A stretch of 36,365 nt of DNA, from positions 1 to 36,365 of the IMG/VR virus record IMGVR_UViG_3300025291_000012. One strand, 5' to 3'. Source of the DNA: a virus. The translations under genes and the position numbers were made by a program. Below the pieces are notes generated by a model, which saw only the letters and a program-made list of their open reading frames with translations, was not told the origin of the DNA and made no database searches. Positions 33,239 to 36,365 of this stretch are shown piece by piece (the stretch's first letter is position 1; each line of letters opens with the position of its first letter).

Positions 33239-34928
33239 CCGCGCAACCGAGTTTGCGCAGGCGGTAGCCGCCGGCAAGATCATGGCCGGGCCGCACGTTC
33301 GCGATGCCTGTGCGCGTCACCTGCGCGACCTGGTCGAAGGGCCGGCGCGAGGGCTGACGTGGGATCTGGACGCGGCAAATCGCGCCATCGGCTTCTTCGA
33401 GGACGTGCTATGCCTGAACGGCGGCGACTATGAGGGCAAGCCGTTCGACGTGCAGCCGTGGCAGGCCTTCATCATCGGCAGTCTGTTCGGCTGGAAAGGC
33501 CCGGACGGCTATCGGCGCTTCCGCGTCGCGTATGTCGAGACGGCGAAGGGCAGCGGCAAGTCACCGCTGGCCGCCGGCATCGGGCTTTACGGCCTGACCG
33601 CTGATGGTGAGGCGCGGGCCGAGATCTACGCCGCGGCGACCAAGAAAGACCAGGCGCAGATCCTGTTTCGCGACGCCGTTGCGATGGTCGATCAGTCGCC
33701 GCTGCTGCGCCAGCGCATCGAGAAGTCCGGCGGCGCCATGCGCGAATTCAACCTCGCGTATCTGCCGACCTCGTCGTTTTTCCGGCCGGTCAGTGCCGAC
33801 GACGGGCAGTCGGGGCCGCGTCCACACATTGCGCTGCTGGACGAGATCCACGAGCACAAGGGGCCGCACGTCGTCGAGATGATGCGCGCGGGCACGAAAA
33901 GCCGGCGGCAGGCGCTGATCTTCATGATCACGAACAGCGGCACCGACAAGCGCACGGTGTGCTGGGACTACCACGACTACGGCGCCAAGGTGAGCGCCGG
34001 CACGCTGGTCGACGACAGCTTTTTCGCGTTCATCTGTGCGCTCGATGAGGGCGACGATCCGTTCAAGGACGAAAGTTGCTGGGCCAAAGCGAACCCGAGC
34101 CTTGAGTACGGTATCCCGGGCATCAAGTACTTGCGCGAGCAAGTCACGCAGGCGCGCGGCATGCCGTCGAAAGAGGCGACCGTGCGTCGTCTGTGCTTCT
34201 GCCAGTGGACTGAGGCGTCAGCGCCGTGGATCTCCGGAGAGATCTGGTTCGCGTGCCAGGCGACGCCACCTATCGGCATCGAGGCACTGTACGGGCGCTC
34301 TGGCGTTGCGGCACTCGACATTTCGAGCACGCAGGACTTGACGGCCCTCGTGGTGGCGCTGGACCCGACAGAGGATGACCCGGTGACTCGGCTGATCCCG
34401 TATTTCTGGCTGCCGGGTGACGGACTGCACGACAAGGCCGACAAGGACCGCGTCCCTTACCTTGCCTGGCGTGACGCCGGCTATCTGGAGGCGGTGCCAG
34501 GCCGGGCGATCAACCGTCTTTTCGTATTCCGCCGCCTGGTGGAGATCTGCACGGCATTCGACATCCGGGAGATCGCCGCCGACCGTTGGCGGGTCGAGGA
34601 CTACGAGGCGATGGTCAATCAGGAGGGTCTGAGCCTGCCGCCGTTCTTCAAGTTCGGGCAGGGCTTCAAGGACATGGCGCCCGCCGTGGATGAATTCGAG
34701 CGCATGTTGCTCGACCAGCTGCTGTCGCATGACGGAAATCCGGTGCTGACATGGAACGCGGCCAACGCCGTGACCGAGGAGGATCCGGCGGGCAATCGGA
34801 AGTTGTCCAAGCAGCGCGCCACCGGTCGCATCGACGGGATCGTGGCGGGTGTCATGGCGATCGGCCGGCTGCAGGGCGCCACTGAGTCGCAGGTTATCGA
34901 GAGCGGTTACGCCTCATTGGACGATTGA
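33204..34928 (+). CDS. Terminase large subunit
   Basis: ATG at 33204. 574 aa with Walker A AKGSGKS and the Walker B-like LLDEIHEH. Confidence 0.9.
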   Translation: MAKRQSPQSTSDRATEFAQAVAAGKIMAGPHVRDACARHLRDLVEGPARGLTWDLDAANRAIGFFEDVLCLNGGDYEGKPFDVQPWQAFIIGSLFGWKGPDGYRRFRVAYVETAKGSGKSPLAAGIGLYGLTADGEARAEIYAAATKKDQAQILFRDAVAMVDQSPLLRQRIEKSGGAMREFNLAYLPTSSFFRPVSADDGQSGPRPHIALLDEIHEHKGPHVVEMMRAGTKSRRQALIFMITNSGTDKRTVCWDYHDYGAKVSAGTLVDDSFFAFICALDEGDDPFKDESCWAKANPSLEYGIPGIKYLREQVTQARGMPSKEATVRRLCFCQWTEASAPWISGEIWFACQATPPIGIEALYGRSGVAALDISSTQDLTALVVALDPTEDDPVTRLIPYFWLPGDGLHDKADKDRVPYLAWRDAGYLEAVPGRAINRLFVFRRLVEICTAFDIREIAADRWRVEDYEAMVNQEGLSLPPFFKFGQGFKDMAPAVDEFERMLLDQLLSHDGNPVLTWNAANAVTEEDPAGNRKLSKQRATGRIDGIVAGVMAIGRLQGATESQVIESGYASLDD

Positions 34929-34929
34929 T

Positions 34930-36195
34930 ATGGGCATTCTTGACCTACTGCGCGGAGGCTCTACGGAGGCCGCGCCGCCGCCGGCCGCGCCGGTTGACCG
35001 CATCGAGCCGTCGTTCCAGGACGCGGTCACCATCGTGCAGGGCGGTGAGGCTCACGCGATGGAGTTCTTCGGCACGCCATCGGCTGCAGGTAAGCCGGTC
35101 ACCGAAGACACTGCAGCCCGTGTCGCTATGGTGTTCGCCTGCACCAGGCTGATCGCTGGTGCGATCGCCTCGCTACCGATGCACTTTTACGAGCGGATCG
35201 AGAACGGGCGGCAGCGTTGGGATACGCCGCTGTGGTGGATCTTCAACGAGCAGCCCACCCCGCGCTTTTCAGCGGCGGTGTTTTGGGAGTACGTCACAAA
35301 GTCGATCCTGTTCCACGGCGACGGCTTCGCGACATTGCGACGCAACGCGGCCAACCAGGTGGTGCAGGTCGTGCCGCATCACCCGCTGGATGTGGTGGTC
35401 GAGCGGCGAGGCGATCGCCTGGTGTACTTCGTTCAGGATCTCGGGCAGCGCCGTGGATACGAGCAGGACGATGTGCTGCACTTCCCCGGGTTCGGCTTTG
35501 ATGGCCGGCGCAGCCTTTCGGTGATCCAGTACGCCGCCAAGCAGCAGATCGGCTTCAACCTGACCACGGACGAGTTTCGTGGCAAGTTCATGAGTCAAGG
35601 GCTGCATACGCCGTTCTTCTTCAAGACGGACGGAAAGATGACGCCGGAAAAGCGCGAGATGCTGCGCGGCGAGTATGACCGCAAGTATCGCGGCTACAAC
35701 AACACCGGCACGCCGATGGTTCTCACCGAGGGTGTCGACCTCAAGTCCATCCAGATGTCGATGGCCGATGCGCAGCTGATCGAGCAGCTCAAGATGTCCA
35801 ATGCGGACATCTGCCGGGCCTTCGGCGTGCCGCCTTTCATGGTGGGCGATCCGGAGGGCAGCACGAGTTGGGGTAGCGGCATCGAGCAGATGAGCATCGG
35901 ATTCGTGATGTACACGCTGCAGCCCTACATCAACCGCAACGAGCAGGAGATCAATCGCAAGCTCTTCCGCACGTCGAAGTACTTCTGCGAATGCAACGTC
36001 GAGGCGCTGCGACGCGGCGACCTGAAAAGCCGCGGCGAGTACTACAAAACCTCGCTGGGCGGCACGCAGGGCGCCGGCTGGATGACGCAGAACGAAGTGC
36101 GTCGAGAGAACAACCTGCCGCCGGTCGAGGGCGGTGACAAGCTCTTTGCCCCCGTGGCAAAGCCAACCGGAGAAAAGCCAAATGAAGGCACTTAA
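34930..36195 (+). CDS. Portal protein, HK97 family
   Basis: ATG at 34930. 421 aa, located between TerL and the protease. Confidence 0.9.
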   Translation: MGILDLLRGGSTEAAPPPAAPVDRIEPSFQDAVTIVQGGEAHAMEFFGTPSAAGKPVTEDTAARVAMVFACTRLIAGAIASLPMHFYERIENGRQRWDTPLWWIFNEQPTPRFSAAVFWEYVTKSILFHGDGFATLRRNAANQVVQVVPHHPLDVVVERRGDRLVYFVQDLGQRRGYEQDDVLHFPGFGFDGRRSLSVIQYAAKQQIGFNLTTDEFRGKFMSQGLHTPFFFKTDGKMTPEKREMLRGEYDRKYRGYNNTGTPMVLTEGVDLKSIQMSMADAQLIEQLKMSNADICRAFGVPPFMVGDPEGSTSWGSGIEQMSIGFVMYTLQPYINRNEQEINRKLFRTSKYFCECNVEALRRGDLKSRGEYYKTSLGGTQGAGWMTQNEVRRENNLPPVEGGDKLFAPVAKPTGEKPNEGT

Positions 36196-36365
36196 GAGCT
36201 GCTTGTCTGCGCTGCTGCGCAACAACGCAGAAGAGGGTACGGGCATTCGCGCCGAGGGCGACACGATCTATCTGTATGACGTGATCGGTGATTGGGGTGT
36301 GTCGGCCGATGCCTTCGCAAAGTCGCTGGCGGCCATGACTGTGGAGGTGGTGCATCTGCGGATCA
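36182..36365 (+). CDS. Head maturation protease, 5-prime part (continues at base 1 by circular permutation)
   Basis: The ATG at 36182 overlaps the portal 3-prime end. The frame is continuous with 1-654, since 36239 corresponds to base 1 on a codon boundary. The full protein is 236 aa. Confidence 0.8.
   Translation, partial: MKALKSCLSALLRNNAEEGTGIRAEGDTIYLYDVIGDWGVSADAFAKSLAAMTVEVVHLRI
36239..36365. repeat. Terminal overlap copy 2 (identical to 1-127)
   Basis: Same comparison. The overlap indicates circular-assembly overlap or terminal redundancy. Confidence 0.95.

Larger units (their letters stand above)
1..36365. mobile_element. Complete circularly permuted temperate phage-plasmid genome (unit 36238 bp)
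   Basis: Full virion, lysis and immunity modules plus a RepA/iteron/ParAB/KfrA module. The window ends overlap by 127 identical bases. No integrase-like ORF was recognised. Confidence 0.8.

Noticed and set aside
32396-33283. 295-aa minus-strand ORF
   Set aside because: It lies antisense to the HNH and TerS genes, which have clear motifs and SD sequences.
35269-36264. 331-aa minus-strand ORF
   Set aside because: It lies antisense to the portal gene and is the same kind of artefact.
1-36365. Looked for an integrase, attP core, tRNA genes, a reverse transcriptase (retron/DGR), toxin-antitoxin pairs and a CRISPR array
   Set aside because: I recognised none by eye in any frame. This absence is provisional until HMM and tRNA scans are run.

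Overview
GC-rich window that is one complete, circularly permuted replicon. Bases 1-127 are identical to 36239-36365, giving a unit length of 36238 bp, and the head-protease gene spans the junction. It is a temperate myovirus. Late genes on the + strand are an HNH endonuclease, TerS, TerL, portal, ClpP-like protease, HK97-type capsid and head-tail joining genes. These are followed by a Mu-like contractile tail and baseplate: DUF2635, sheath, tube, a frameshifted chaperone, tape measure, hub, V, GP46, J, DUF2313, fiber and fiber chaperone. The lysis cassette is a GH19 endolysin, a holin and Rz with embedded Rz1. A lambda-like switch comprises an S24 cI-type repressor, cro, CII(CP76)-like, O-like and Q-like genes, with duplicated promoter-operator cassettes. 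I recognise no integrase, excisionase, transposase, protelomerase, tRNA or CRISPR array. Instead, 18.4-23.2 kb carries plasmid maintenance functions: KfrA, RepA with six direct and one inverted iteron, two DnaA boxes, and ParA/ParB. The element therefore reads as a phage-plasmid (episomal prophage). Accessory and unexplained content: an opposite-strand acyltransferase-3 moron, a Cys-rich 71-aa ORF with its own promoter, and a 149-aa ORF behind repA. A 25-29 bp palindrome occurs three times, exactly bracketing the rep and par modules. There is also an 11-gene translationally coupled early-left operon of unknowns that starts with an untracked 49-aa membrane peptide, and a second XRE regulator convergent with cI. 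All functional calls rest on motif and synteny recognition by eye; no database search was possible.
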